Source of the DNA: an uncultured Candidatus Saccharibacteria bacterium
GTDB lineage: Bacteria > Patescibacteriota > Minisyncoccia > Phycocordibacterales > UBA6899
DNA length: 64,000 nucleotides
Direction of reading: 5' to 3'
Assembly: GCA_964469335.1 (NCBI GenBank)
Contig: CAYXYK010000001.1
Location: forward strand, 14,501 to 78,500
Below the pieces are notes generated by a model. That model was not told the DNA's origin. It made no database searches and saw only the letters and a list, made by a program, of their open reading frames with translations. Below, piece by piece: positions 27,899 to 37,775 of this stretch. The position numbers and the translations under genes are program-made. How positions within the stretch are numbered: position 1 is the first letter of the stretch; the number at the start of each line of letters is the position of its first letter.

Positions 27899-28747
27899 CT
27901 ATTTTATTTCGTAGACGATGGTGACCGATGAAGTGTACTTGTTCTGTCCTGCCGGGATGTTTGCCGCCTCGGGCGCAATCGCTGAATCCGCCGACATCGC
28001 CTTCATCATCACTCCACCTCCATACCCGTAGATCGGATAATTCCCCCCTTCACTGAAGGACGAGATGCGCACAAGGCTCACTCCGAGATCAGCCGCGAGT
28101 TTCTCAGCTTTCGCCTTTGCTTTTGCGATCGCTTCCTCGCGTGCGACCGATTTTGCGGAATCTTCGTCTTCGAGCATGAAGTTCGGACCGGAAATATTCG
28201 TCGCACCATTGTCTGCAAGACCGCCGACGATGGTTCCTGCAAGGTCTGCATTCTTGTCGATATCGTGTATTTTCACATCGACACTCTCGGACACTTCGTA
28301 TCCGATCAAAACTTGCTTACCGGGAGGCTGAACACACGGGTACGCTATACACTCGATGCGTTTCTCCTGCCATTCATACTTCGGATAAAGGTTGTAGCCC
28401 GCTTTGATATCCTCATTCTTCACTCCAGATTTGTTGAGAAAATCATGGATCTTCTTCATCTTGTCATCGACGGTCTTACGAGCCTCTGCGGCGGTCTTTG
28501 CCTCTTGAGTGATCGAGAACGAGATCGTTGCGACATCTGGCGTAGCATATGATTCGCCTTCACCCGTCACAGTGATTGTCGGCTGCGCATTCACATCGCG
28601 CCCAATGAGACCGTACTCTTTGATGTTCGAGAAGAACATCGAGAGGAGGACGAGTGCGCCCGATACTGCAAGCAGAAGTACGCCGTACGCCACCTCTTTC
28701 GGGGGCGTCATGCGAACATTCATCTCACCTGAATTTTCTGTCGTCAT
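27899..28747 (-). CDS. SIMPL/DUF541-domain (YggE-like) periplasmic protein
   Basis: N-terminal TM anchor, then the characteristic SIMPL two-half architecture (…ITVTGEGESYATPDVATISFSI… and …GPNFMLEDEDSAKSVAREEAIAKAKAKAEKLA…). Confidence 0.7.
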   Translation of the reverse strand: MTTENSGEMNVRMTPPKEVAYGVLLLAVSGALVLLSMFFSNIKEYGLIGRDVNAQPTITVTGEGESYATPDVATISFSITQEAKTAAEARKTVDDKMKKIHDFLNKSGVKNEDIKAGYNLYPKYEWQEKRIECIAYPCVQPPGKQVLIGYEVSESVDVKIHDIDKNADLAGTIVGGLADNGATNISGPNFMLEDEDSAKSVAREEAIAKAKAKAEKLAADLGVSLVRISSFSEGGNYPIYGYGGGVMMKAMSADSAIAPEAANIPAGQNKYTSSVTIVYEIK

Positions 28748-28862
28748 AAAACGTATATTAATTGATTAACGATAGCTATACCTATATTAACATTATTCCT
28801 AGCCCTTTTGTGACATAGGCGTACTGCCCTGTCCCAGGATCTCCAAGACGTCCGATGGAGAC

Positions 28863-30656
28863 TCATTTTACTGTGACTGACTTCGCCAAGTTCCTGGGTT
28901 TATCAGGGTCATTTCCCTTGAGAAGCGCGAGGTGGTACGCCAACAACTGAATGGGGATAAGGCTTGCGATCGGTGACGCAAGTCCGAGATCCGGTACAGG
29001 GATCCATTCGTCAAAAAGCATGTCGTTCTCTGGCGCGATACCAATGATGTACGCACCGCGGCTTTTGAGTTCTGTGGTATTCGACTGCATGTCACGCTTC
29101 GTCTCATCGTTAGGGATGATCGCAATCACCGGTGTGCCTGCTCCGATGAGTGCGATCGGTCCATGCTTGAGTTCACCACCAGGAAACCCTTCGGCGTGGA
29201 TGTATGAAACCTCCTGTATCTTGATCGCCGCTTCATGTGCGATTGGTGCAGAAAGTCCTCTCCCGATGATATAGAGATCCGTCGCAAGGCGAAGCTTCTC
29301 GGCAACTTTCCTTGTATCGTGAACGATGTCACCGAGCAGCCAAGCACGGATATCGCGTACGACGCCACGGAGCAAGTGCTTACCTTCAGAAAGTTTCCCT
29401 CCCGCCGCATAAGCCAAAAGCAAGAGCACTGCGATCTGCGCTGTAGCTGCCTTTGTCGACGCAACGGCAATCTCAGGACCTGCGTTGATATAAAGTGAGC
29501 GATGAGATGTTCGATCGATCGATGAATCCACTACATTAAGAAGCGAGATGATCTTTGAGCCATGCTTCTTTGCTGCGGCAAGTGCTTCGAGCACATCCGC
29601 AGTCTCGCCGCTTTGAGAGACTGCGAACAATATACTGCGCTTGTCGAGGAACGGAATATACGCTGAGAACTCAGAACCGACGAAGGTTGACGCGAGCTTG
29701 CCACCGAGCTTCGCGAGATAGAGTTCTCCGAGCTTAGCCATCTTTGCCGCCGTACCGCAACCGATGAAGAACAGGTTTGGAGAGGATTTGAGCAGCTGCA
29801 CGATGTCCATCAATTTCTCATCATCTTGGCGGATCGCCTGATCGAGCGAGTGAGGTTGTTCAAGTATCTCCTTGAGCATGTAATGCGCGTAACCGTCTTT
29901 CGTTGCACTCACTTTGTCCCAAGTAATAGTGCGCCACTCGGGGTCGACCTTTTCTCCTGTCTTCTGATCACGAAAAAGGATATCTTCTGCACGCAATTTG
30001 ATCGAGACCGCATCACCGGGATACGCGACGACGCGGGTATGATCGATGAAAGCAGGGACATCAGACGCGACGTAGTACCCTTCATCACTTTTCCCTATCA
30101 CCATCGGAGACCCGACGCGCATCGCCATCAGATATGATTCGCCTTGGCGCATTGCAACAATCGCGTAGCGTCCCTCAAGCATCTTTCCTGTCTCGGAAAA
30201 AGCTGCCTCGAATGTTTTCCCTGTACTCATGAAATGCGCTATGAGCTGCGGGATCACCTCGGTGTCGGTATCTGACAAGAACAACTCACTCTCTGGAATA
30301 CCCGTCACCTCAACCAAATGGCGACGTAGTTCGTGATGATTCTCGATGATCCCGTTATGGATCACCGCAATACTCTTGTCGCGCGAAAGCTGCGGGTGAG
30401 CATTCTTCTCGAGTACTCCGCCGTGTGTGGCCCAACGGGAGTGGCCGATGGACATCTTTCCGACAATTCCTGAAAAATCAGACTCGCTTTTCTCGGATAT
30501 CTTCCCGACCGCACGGAGTAATTTCAGTTCGCCCTTCATTGGCGCAGCGATTCCCCACGAATCATAGCCGCGATACTCGAGATCACGGAGTGCGAAATAT
30601 GCCTTAACGGCAACTTCCTCTTCCCTCTTGCCGACATAGCCAAATATTCCACACAT
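28863..30656 (-). CDS. glmS: glutamine--fructose-6-phosphate aminotransferase (isomerizing)
   Basis: N-terminal MCGIFGY (Cys2 glutaminase) followed by two SIS domains. 597 aa. Confidence 0.95.
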   Translation of the reverse strand: MCGIFGYVGKREEEVAVKAYFALRDLEYRGYDSWGIAAPMKGELKLLRAVGKISEKSESDFSGIVGKMSIGHSRWATHGGVLEKNAHPQLSRDKSIAVIHNGIIENHHELRRHLVEVTGIPESELFLSDTDTEVIPQLIAHFMSTGKTFEAAFSETGKMLEGRYAIVAMRQGESYLMAMRVGSPMVIGKSDEGYYVASDVPAFIDHTRVVAYPGDAVSIKLRAEDILFRDQKTGEKVDPEWRTITWDKVSATKDGYAHYMLKEILEQPHSLDQAIRQDDEKLMDIVQLLKSSPNLFFIGCGTAAKMAKLGELYLAKLGGKLASTFVGSEFSAYIPFLDKRSILFAVSQSGETADVLEALAAAKKHGSKIISLLNVVDSSIDRTSHRSLYINAGPEIAVASTKAATAQIAVLLLLAYAAGGKLSEGKHLLRGVVRDIRAWLLGDIVHDTRKVAEKLRLATDLYIIGRGLSAPIAHEAAIKIQEVSYIHAEGFPGGELKHGPIALIGAGTPVIAIIPNDETKRDMQSNTTELKSRGAYIIGIAPENDMLFDEWIPVPDLGLASPIASLIPIQLLAYHLALLKGNDPDKPRNLAKSVTVK

Positions 30657-30752
30657 ACTCGTACTTATGATAACTCACGATATTGATTTATGTTGCAGTA
30701 AATGTGAATTACCCCGTGTCCTCTTTACAAAAACGCATATATAATAGGCAAT

Positions 30753-31046
30753 ATGAAGAGCTCAAAAGATATTCGTGAACTGGAGAAGCTTTCCGCTGAA
30801 CTTGCGCCCAAAAGCGGCTGCACAGTCTGTAGGCTGATCCTCATTGCGACGGTAATTTTATTCGTATCATCGGTATTACTCGCGCTATTTGCCCTCGGAA
30901 GTGCACGTTCGAACCTCGAACGAATGGAGCCAGAGCGGGTACTGACTCCAACACAATCCTCAGAGCGTATCCAGGTACTGCGTGAGTACATAGAAAGCCA
31001 ACGCGGTTCCACCACGCTTCTTATCGGTAAACCCCAAACAAAATGA
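30753..31046 (+). CDS. small single-TM membrane protein, hypothetical
   Basis: 97 aa, TM helix RLILIATVILFVSSVLLALFAL. Stop overlaps the start of the downstream giant gene (ATGA). Confidence 0.4.
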   Translation: MKSSKDIRELEKLSAELAPKSGCTVCRLILIATVILFVSSVLLALFALGSARSNLERMEPERVLTPTQSSERIQVLREYIESQRGSTTLLIGKPQTK

Positions 31047-34000
31047 AGCACACCACATTAGTGCGCGCATTCTTTGCCGTCATTCTCACTACGCTCTTTG
31101 GGTCACTCTTCTCTACTGCTTCTGCCGCAACCGTGTCGATCATCAATAACTGGCAAAACCCCGCGCCGTATTCTTTTTATAGCTACACGAGCCCCGTTCA
31201 TGTCGTCGGATCATATACCCTTCCCCCCGACTGGGTCGGCACTATATATGTCTGGCAGGACGGAGTACAGCTCCCACAAACGCTGACGGTCAGCAATCTC
31301 GGAGGAGTAACACCGAAAAATGCCCCATTCGACATCAATCTCGGGATCCAGCCAGCAGTACCTTCTCCTCATGAGATCAGTATTGAATTCTTTGGCGGAG
31401 CATCGTGTTTCATTCTTAATACTTGCCCCGGAACATCAAGCAACTGGACTGATGAATCGATCGTCCCGCGCACCTATACCGCATCGAACACACCGGATCC
31501 GGTGCTCGCAATTTCCTATGATGCGAACGGAACCATCCCGCTCCAAAGTCCTGCGTTCGATTTCGCCAACGTCCCAATGAACACGACCGACACCCGCACA
31601 CTCTATGTACGAAATGTCGGTGGTGGAACCGCGATTGGTGCTGCGTCTATCGCAGGTGGCTCCAATCCGTTCTATTGTGTCGGGACTTGCACCTACTCTA
31701 TCCTCGCCGGTGCCCCTGCGATACCGATACAGGTGCAGTATGCGCCCGGAAGTGCCGGGATGACTTCCTCCGGGGTACTCGCATTCGGCTGTACTTCCCC
31801 GAATTGTGCAGGGGTGAATGCAAATCTTACCGGAAGCAGTGTTGCATCCGCGGTTCCTCCGCAACTTGACCTCAGTGACAGCTATCTAAGTTATGGATAT
31901 GTGAACATCAACCAGTCAGTCGACCAAGATATCACCATCTATAATACCGGCGGCGGAGTGCTGTCCGGCTCGCTGACCTTCGGAGACCCGAGCTACTCGT
32001 GCATCCCAAGCTGTAACTACTCTATTCCCGCGGGAGGTTCATATACCCTCACTGTCAGATTCAACCCGACCACGGGTGGTGACCATGACACGAATGCCAC
32101 ATTCACAGGTGGTGCGACCCCTGAGACGATTGCTATCTACGGAAGCGGCAATGCTAAACCGATCATCGACATCAATTGTGTCGGGTGCGACGGCGTAGGG
32201 TCAGGTGGACAATACCACTGGGATCTTCCGAATCCGGTTGCGCCGGGACAGACTCTCTACCAGACGATCGAAGTCAGCAATGTCGGCGTCGGGGTATTGA
32301 GCGGCATTGTGACACCCACGCCGGGATCTTGGAACACGGCTGGTTGGCATTGTGTAAGTGTCACCCAAGGCGGCATTACAACGCCTTACACCGATGCAAC
32401 GCCGTGTGCTTATTCAAACCTCGTCAACGGCGGGCCACCCGCGATTGTCCAATTGTCTTTTGTCGCATCGGTTGCGAATGTTGGCCCACAGCATGACTAC
32501 ACATATTTCAGCAACACACCCAATCCGAGCGATGGACCTGACGACCTGGAACTTTCAGCTGCGGTGACTGTCGACCCATTACTGAATATCACAGGACTCG
32601 GGGGTGAACTTGTTTTCGTCGACACGCTCGTCAATGTTGCGACATCTGATCTCTACGGCAATGCAAGCGACGCAATTTTGCTTGAGAACGTCGGCACTAC
32701 ACCGCTCACGGTCGTGATCAATCTCCCGGTCGGGGCAGGTGTCTTCACCTGCGTCAATCCGCTTCAGTGCAACACACCGATCATCATCGCGGCAGGCGCT
32801 ACAGTTCCGGTCGCATTTTCCTTCAACCCGCCGACGCCATACTCGTACAACCAACCGTTCACCATCTGCGTCAGTGGAACCTGCGGCAATTACAGCATGC
32901 GAGGATTGGGGCAGAACCCTCAATTCGGCATTCAGTCGGTGATTCCGGGAGGAGAGAATATGGACCCGATGAAGATCTGCGCAGAGGAAAATAACACTTG
33001 CGCGTTCACCGGAACAAAGACCGTCTTTTTCGGCAATAACACCAAAAATGTTTCGAGGAGTGCAACCGGTGGGGTGTGGTGCGACATTGCTTCTTTTGGG
33101 AGTGACCCTGCCCCGGGTGTCAATAAATATTGCTGGTACGCGAACACGAACTCCGGGACTTGGACAAACAAGCCCTGGACGACAAGTAACCTGTTTGCGA
33201 TCTACAACAGTGGCATCGGTGGTACGATCTACTATAAGATCACAAGCCCGACTGATTTCAAATGCAGTACCTCGCGAAGTTGGTCCGGCTATTGCCAGGG
33301 ATATGTGTTCAACTATGACGAGCAGGATGTCAGCTACGGTGGTGATATCAAATATGCTCCCATCTACTTCAATCCGACTATTGCCGGACCGATCAGTCAA
33401 ACATTGACCATCCAATATCACTTTGTCGCATGGGATGGTTACAGCCCCCCAGATTGTAATTACTGCCACACAACGACTACGCCACTCACGGGAACTGGAA
33501 TCTCTGGCGCTCACCTATTTGCCATAACGACACCATTCCCCACCACCAATGTCGGCGCAAGTTCTACGGTGAATCTTACGGTATACAATGATGGAACAAC
33601 GGTAGATAATGGTGTCACTGTCAACTATGTGAGTGGGGAGTTCAGCTGCACTGCGAACTGCGGGCCATACAACCTCGCACCGGGAGGAAGTCAGATCGCG
33701 CAGGTCACCTTCAGCCCGACCAGCGCCGGCACAAAGAACGGAAGCTTCTTACTTACCTCAACGGATCCTGTCCCGGTCGGACCGGCAAGTGTCACTGTTC
33801 CGATGACAGGAGTGGGCAACGCGTCCCCTGTCGTCGGCATCCTCAATCCTGTCGGGGGCAGTCTCGACTATGGCGTAGTCAACCAAGGATCACAACGTGT
33901 CTCGGGGGATGGCACGCTTCCTGCGATCATCGTCACGAATACCGGGGCGGGACTTCTTACCGGGGACGCGACTCTGGTCGATGCGGTGCACTATGTCTGT

Positions 34001-34519
34001 GTCTCATGTCACTATGAGGCGCTTGCGAACGGACAGCAGCAGGAGATAAAGATTGCCTTCGTACCGAAAAGCGTCAGCCCTCCTGCCCTCAACAACACGG
34101 TGAATTTCTCGGGTGGCAATGCGCTGATCAATTTCCTGCTCTATGGACAAGGGGCACTTGGGGCATCATCGATAAACAGCCCCGATACGAATTTCGGCCG
34201 CGTAGTGATCCGTGCAGGAAACTTCAAGGAGCAAGTGGTCACCGTCTACAATCTTGGCAGCGTTGATGTCCCTGGCGGCGACATCTCACTTACTGGACCT
34301 TTCTCCTGCACACACCCGCCCACACCGTACAATGCCGTAACCAGTAAATGCAGCTACCCTGCTATCCCTGCAGGTGGTTCGGTACAATTCACCATTCGTT
34401 TCACACCAACTACGCCGGGAGCGGCGAGTGGAGTGCTCTCGCTTGGTGGATCATCGAATGCGCGGGTTCGACTATCGGGAACGGGTGTCGTACCGTCGGT
34501 AAAATTTAGAGAGAGGTAA
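31043..34519 (+). CDS. giant secreted cell-surface protein with at least 7 choice-of-anchor-D/ASH-like Ig repeats
   Basis: Signal peptide (…SLFSTASA/ATV), then repeated units of the form NxGxxxLxG…SCxYxIxAGxxxxIxVxFxPxxxG, e.g. IYNTGGGVLSGSLTFGDPSYSCIPSCNYSIPAGGSYTLTVRFNPTTGG. Confidence 0.75.
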   Translation: MKHTTLVRAFFAVILTTLFGSLFSTASAATVSIINNWQNPAPYSFYSYTSPVHVVGSYTLPPDWVGTIYVWQDGVQLPQTLTVSNLGGVTPKNAPFDINLGIQPAVPSPHEISIEFFGGASCFILNTCPGTSSNWTDESIVPRTYTASNTPDPVLAISYDANGTIPLQSPAFDFANVPMNTTDTRTLYVRNVGGGTAIGAASIAGGSNPFYCVGTCTYSILAGAPAIPIQVQYAPGSAGMTSSGVLAFGCTSPNCAGVNANLTGSSVASAVPPQLDLSDSYLSYGYVNINQSVDQDITIYNTGGGVLSGSLTFGDPSYSCIPSCNYSIPAGGSYTLTVRFNPTTGGDHDTNATFTGGATPETIAIYGSGNAKPIIDINCVGCDGVGSGGQYHWDLPNPVAPGQTLYQTIEVSNVGVGVLSGIVTPTPGSWNTAGWHCVSVTQGGITTPYTDATPCAYSNLVNGGPPAIVQLSFVASVANVGPQHDYTYFSNTPNPSDGPDDLELSAAVTVDPLLNITGLGGELVFVDTLVNVATSDLYGNASDAILLENVGTTPLTVVINLPVGAGVFTCVNPLQCNTPIIIAAGATVPVAFSFNPPTPYSYNQPFTICVSGTCGNYSMRGLGQNPQFGIQSVIPGGENMDPMKICAEENNTCAFTGTKTVFFGNNTKNVSRSATGGVWCDIASFGSDPAPGVNKYCWYANTNSGTWTNKPWTTSNLFAIYNSGIGGTIYYKITSPTDFKCSTSRSWSGYCQGYVFNYDEQDVSYGGDIKYAPIYFNPTIAGPISQTLTIQYHFVAWDGYSPPDCNYCHTTTTPLTGTGISGAHLFAITTPFPTTNVGASSTVNLTVYNDGTTVDNGVTVNYVSGEFSCTANCGPYNLAPGGSQIAQVTFSPTSAGTKNGSFLLTSTDPVPVGPASVTVPMTGVGNASPVVGILNPVGGSLDYGVVNQGSQRVSGDGTLPAIIVTNTGAGLLTGDATLVDAVHYVCVSCHYEALANGQQQEIKIAFVPKSVSPPALNNTVNFSGGNALINFLLYGQGALGASSINSPDTNFGRVVIRAGNFKEQVVTVYNLGSVDVPGGDISLTGPFSCTHPPTPYNAVTSKCSYPAIPAGGSVQFTIRFTPTTPGAASGVLSLGGSSNARVRLSGTGVVPSVKFRER

Positions 34520-34541
34520 TCGGCACAAAATCTAGAAACTC

Positions 34542-34579
34542 TACTAAAAACACTCCACGAAACGGGAGTGTTTTTAGTA
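34542..34579. terminator. bidirectional terminator hairpin (14-bp perfect stem)
   Basis: tactaaaaacactcc-acgaaacg-ggagtgtttttagta. Confidence 0.65.
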
Positions 34580-34648
34580 CTGGCATTGTCAGAAGTCTCA
34601 TTCCTCATACCTCCATCACTTGTTGGGGATAGGTATCACTGAGACACG

Positions 34649-36070
34649 CTATTTGAGATATTTTTTCACTAGGATATTGAATTTCTCGCCACGATCGAAC
34701 TCATGTAGAAATTTCTCGAAGCTTGCTGCCCCCGGTGAGAATAATACGGTGACTTTCTTTTGTTTCGACTCCTTTGCCTTTCGGAGAGCAGCAACGATAC
34801 ACTCTTCGAGCGTATCGAAAGTCAGGGGGTTGAAGCTCGCTAGCTGTTCGTGGAGTTTTCTCGTTCCCGTGCTGTCGAGAAGCATGACGGCGTCTTCATC
34901 GAGTGAGGACTTAATCTTCTCAGCAAGCTCAGAGTATTCAAGCGCCTTATCGGTTCCCCCTGAAATCAAGACGACTTTCCCTTCTTTGTTGAAACGCGAA
35001 ATCGCGGCGATTGTTCCATCCGGAGAGGTTGCGCAGCTATCATTGATGACCTGGATGTTTCCCTTCTTCATAACGAGCTCCTGCCGCATTGCAGGAAGAG
35101 AAAGATTCATTACATCCCGCTCCGCTATCACGCAGGTCGGATCAAACAATTTCACGGCAAGCACAGCTGCCATGAGATTTTCAAGATTGTGTTCTCCATA
35201 TGATGAAGTGAACTTCGTTACAGAGAAAAGGTTCTGCTCTATTCCTTCCGCACGGAAGACAAGCATGCCTTTCTTGGGATAGACACCGTTTTGCTTCCCT
35301 TTCAGTTCCGTACGACTCACGAAAAATACTGATGCTCTTGGCTTCTTTTTCAAGAAATAAGTCGTCCACTTGTTCTGTTTATTGAGAATCAAGAAATCTC
35401 CCTCATTCTGAGCGCTAAAAATATTCGCTTTCGCATCAGCATAATCAGAAATGTCACGATAACGATTAAGATGGTCCGCGTAAAGATTTGTAATAACTGC
35501 AATATGAGGGCTTTTCTCTGATGTGGGCAGATACTCCAACTGCCATGACGAAAGTTCTGCGACGACTACTGCGTTCCTTCCTTTGATTCGCGAATACTCC
35601 CGCAGCAAAGCGTTCTTTGGGGTATTGCCGGACGGAAGAGTGAGTGGATACTTTTTTTTGAGTAGCTCGGCGACAAATTGCGTGGTAGTAGTCTTCCCTC
35701 TTGTTCCGGTCACTGCGATTTGCACATGCTGATCGAAGCGAAAGAAGAGACTTGTATCGTTCTCTATCCTCTTCTTGGACTTTTTCGCAATATGAACATA
35801 CTCACTTTCTCGTGATACACCGGGGTTCACGACGATAAGATCATTCGTCTTGAAATCCCCGACTCGATGCCTTCCAAGAATGAACGTCACCGGCAATCCG
35901 CGAAGTGCACGCAATGAAGGCGCGAGGAGCACCGCCGAGCGCATGTCGGTTGCGCTGACTTTCGCCCCTTGCTTGATCAGCCATTTCACCGTAGCAACGC
36001 CACCGCCATGAAGACCCAGACCCATGACAAGCGCCTTTACGCCAAGTAATGGTTTACTGTCCCGTGCCAT
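34649..36070 (-). CDS. murD: Mur ligase, most likely UDP-N-acetylmuramoylalanine--D-glutamate ligase
   Basis: N-terminal Rossmann-like segment GLGLHGGGVATVKWLIKQGAKV, P-loop VTGTRGKTTTTQF, and Mur ligase middle and C-terminal domains. 473 aa. Confidence 0.65.
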   Translation of the reverse strand: MARDSKPLLGVKALVMGLGLHGGGVATVKWLIKQGAKVSATDMRSAVLLAPSLRALRGLPVTFILGRHRVGDFKTNDLIVVNPGVSRESEYVHIAKKSKKRIENDTSLFFRFDQHVQIAVTGTRGKTTTTQFVAELLKKKYPLTLPSGNTPKNALLREYSRIKGRNAVVVAELSSWQLEYLPTSEKSPHIAVITNLYADHLNRYRDISDYADAKANIFSAQNEGDFLILNKQNKWTTYFLKKKPRASVFFVSRTELKGKQNGVYPKKGMLVFRAEGIEQNLFSVTKFTSSYGEHNLENLMAAVLAVKLFDPTCVIAERDVMNLSLPAMRQELVMKKGNIQVINDSCATSPDGTIAAISRFNKEGKVVLISGGTDKALEYSELAEKIKSSLDEDAVMLLDSTGTRKLHEQLASFNPLTFDTLEECIVAALRKAKESKQKKVTVLFSPGAASFEKFLHEFDRGEKFNILVKKYLK

Positions 36071-36503
36071 TTTCTACAGGTTTGGTGGTGAGGAAGTTAA
36101 GCTCGGCTTTTTTGATGCGCACATCTTTGGAGAGTTCGCGTACAACACTCCTCGCTACGACACCATCGCCGTTATCATCGACCCGAATAAGGAACAACGG
36201 CACAGCAGTGAAGCGTTGCTCCATCTTTCCACCCACTCTCGCAATGATGGCGAGTGCGGTTTCCTCGCTGATATCGGCATTGAATTCCACGATGATCTGA
36301 TTGGAGATGAAGTCCCTCCCTGAAGCATTGTCCCTGACGACTTTCCCAATCGTTTCGGGATCTACTGGAGGAGGGAGATTCGTTGGGGAAGTGGAAACCG
36401 CGCGCTTTACATCGTTTATTCCGTAGACTCTCCACAAGACAACTCCCAGCAATAGGGTGGAAATTATGACCACGACCAGGATGATGTGCTTTTTCACTTT
36501 CAT
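36054..36503 (-). CDS. membrane-anchored hypothetical protein with a peptidase-propeptide-like (I9-like) domain
   Basis: N-terminal TM helix, then QIIVEFNADISEETALAIIARVGGKMEQRF…LFLIRVDD. The 3' end overlaps murD. Confidence 0.4.
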   Translation of the reverse strand: MKVKKHIILVVVIISTLLLGVVLWRVYGINDVKRAVSTSPTNLPPPVDPETIGKVVRDNASGRDFISNQIIVEFNADISEETALAIIARVGGKMEQRFTAVPLFLIRVDDNGDGVVARSVVRELSKDVRIKKAELNFLTTKPVENGTGQ

Positions 36504-36600
36504 TTCAGAATCATAGCGCGGGAACGAAAGAGAATCAAACGAACCTTAATCTACCCTATGGTTTACCCGCGGAATTAGTGTGTTAGGATGAAATCACTGT

Positions 36601-37248
36601 ATGCCAGGGATGAAAAAAATTGCGGTCATCTTTGTGTTCTTGGTCGCTTTTGTTGCATGGGAGGTTTCTCGTGAGTTTTTTCTTTCCTACCCGATTGTGA
36701 ACTACCCACCGAATGGTTCACTTGTTATGGTCTGGGGAGACAGCTTGAGCAGCGGGGTCGGCGCAAGTAGTCCGACGAACGGCTATGTCGGCATACTCAA
36801 GGAGCGCTTATCCCTCAAATTAGTGAACAAAGCAGTAAGCGGAGAAACGACAAGGGACGTCCTCCTGCATTTAGAGCGAGACCTGAACGAAGTCCATCCA
36901 GATATTGTCATGATACTCCTTGGAGGAAACGATCTTCTGCAGCAAATGCCCTTAGCGGAGACTCTCAGTAATCTCCGCAAGCTCATCGTGGCTGCCCAAA
37001 AACAGAAGGCAGTCGTTTATCTGATCGGTTTTCAGAAACACATCGACGACAACTATGCGAATGGCTTCAAAGCACTCGCAAGGGAGACGGGTGCAGTCTA
37101 TACAGGTGACATACTGGGTGGGATCATCGGCAACCAAACACTCATGGCTGATGAGATCCACCCGAACGATAAAGGGTATCTGAAGATGGCGGACAAAATA
37201 GCTCCGAATCTGGAAAGTCTTGTGCTCTCAGGGAGCAATGTAGAGTAA
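36601..37248 (+). CDS. SGNH/GDSL-family hydrolase (esterase/lipase-like)
   Basis: Block I VMVWGDSLSSG, block III LLGGNDL, block V DEIHPNDKGY. Confidence 0.85.
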   Translation: MPGMKKIAVIFVFLVAFVAWEVSREFFLSYPIVNYPPNGSLVMVWGDSLSSGVGASSPTNGYVGILKERLSLKLVNKAVSGETTRDVLLHLERDLNEVHPDIVMILLGGNDLLQQMPLAETLSNLRKLIVAAQKQKAVVYLIGFQKHIDDNYANGFKALARETGAVYTGDILGGIIGNQTLMADEIHPNDKGYLKMADKIAPNLESLVLSGSNVE

Positions 37249-37259
37249 CAATGAGAGAA

Positions 37260-37775
37260 CTAACGCGAGGGTATCTCCTTTTTTTCTACTCTGCCACTTT
37301 TTGAATAGTGAATCACTGTCACGTTTCTTTCTTTTGTAACCGTAACGAACACCACGAGACTTCCTTTCTCGATCATGAGTCGTCCGCTCTTTTCAGAACT
37401 GTTATCAAGCGTAATCTGATATCCCATATGTTCTGCTGCTTCTGTGTAGAAACTCACAATCGTATCAACGTCATCATTCGTGACATAGACCCGATCACTT
37501 CGCTCATTGAAAAACTCTCGCTCAGGTGCATATCGCGCACTTGGATATAGAGGAAATTCCTCACGGAATTGCTCATCACGAAGTTTCAAAAAATGCATGC
37601 CGTATATCCCCGCAAGAAGGAACAACAGTAGGATGGCACTGTTAAATAAGGAAATTTTTCTTTCTGGATGATTGGGTGAGATCCGGAAGAAGAGCAGCAC
37701 TTCTCGTAGTAATAAGATCGCAAGAATGAACAACGGGAGTAGCATCACAACCCAAGGAAGGTCCAGCATATTCAT
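37260..37775 (-). CDS. hypothetical membrane protein
   Basis: Two N-terminal TM helices, then a soluble domain. No recognised motifs. Confidence 0.4.
   Translation of the reverse strand: MNMLDLPWVVMLLPLFILAILLLREVLLFFRISPNHPERKISLFNSAILLLFLLAGIYGMHFLKLRDEQFREEFPLYPSARYAPEREFFNERSDRVYVTNDDVDTIVSFYTEAAEHMGYQITLDNSSEKSGRLMIEKGSLVVFVTVTKERNVTVIHYSKSGRVEKKEIPSR

Noticed and set aside
32579-33514. 311-aa minus-strand ORF lying inside the giant surface-protein gene.
   Set aside because: It is antisense to a well-supported repetitive GC-rich CDS. Its Arg/Asp/Val-rich composition is typical of a reverse-frame artefact, and there is no start context or motif.
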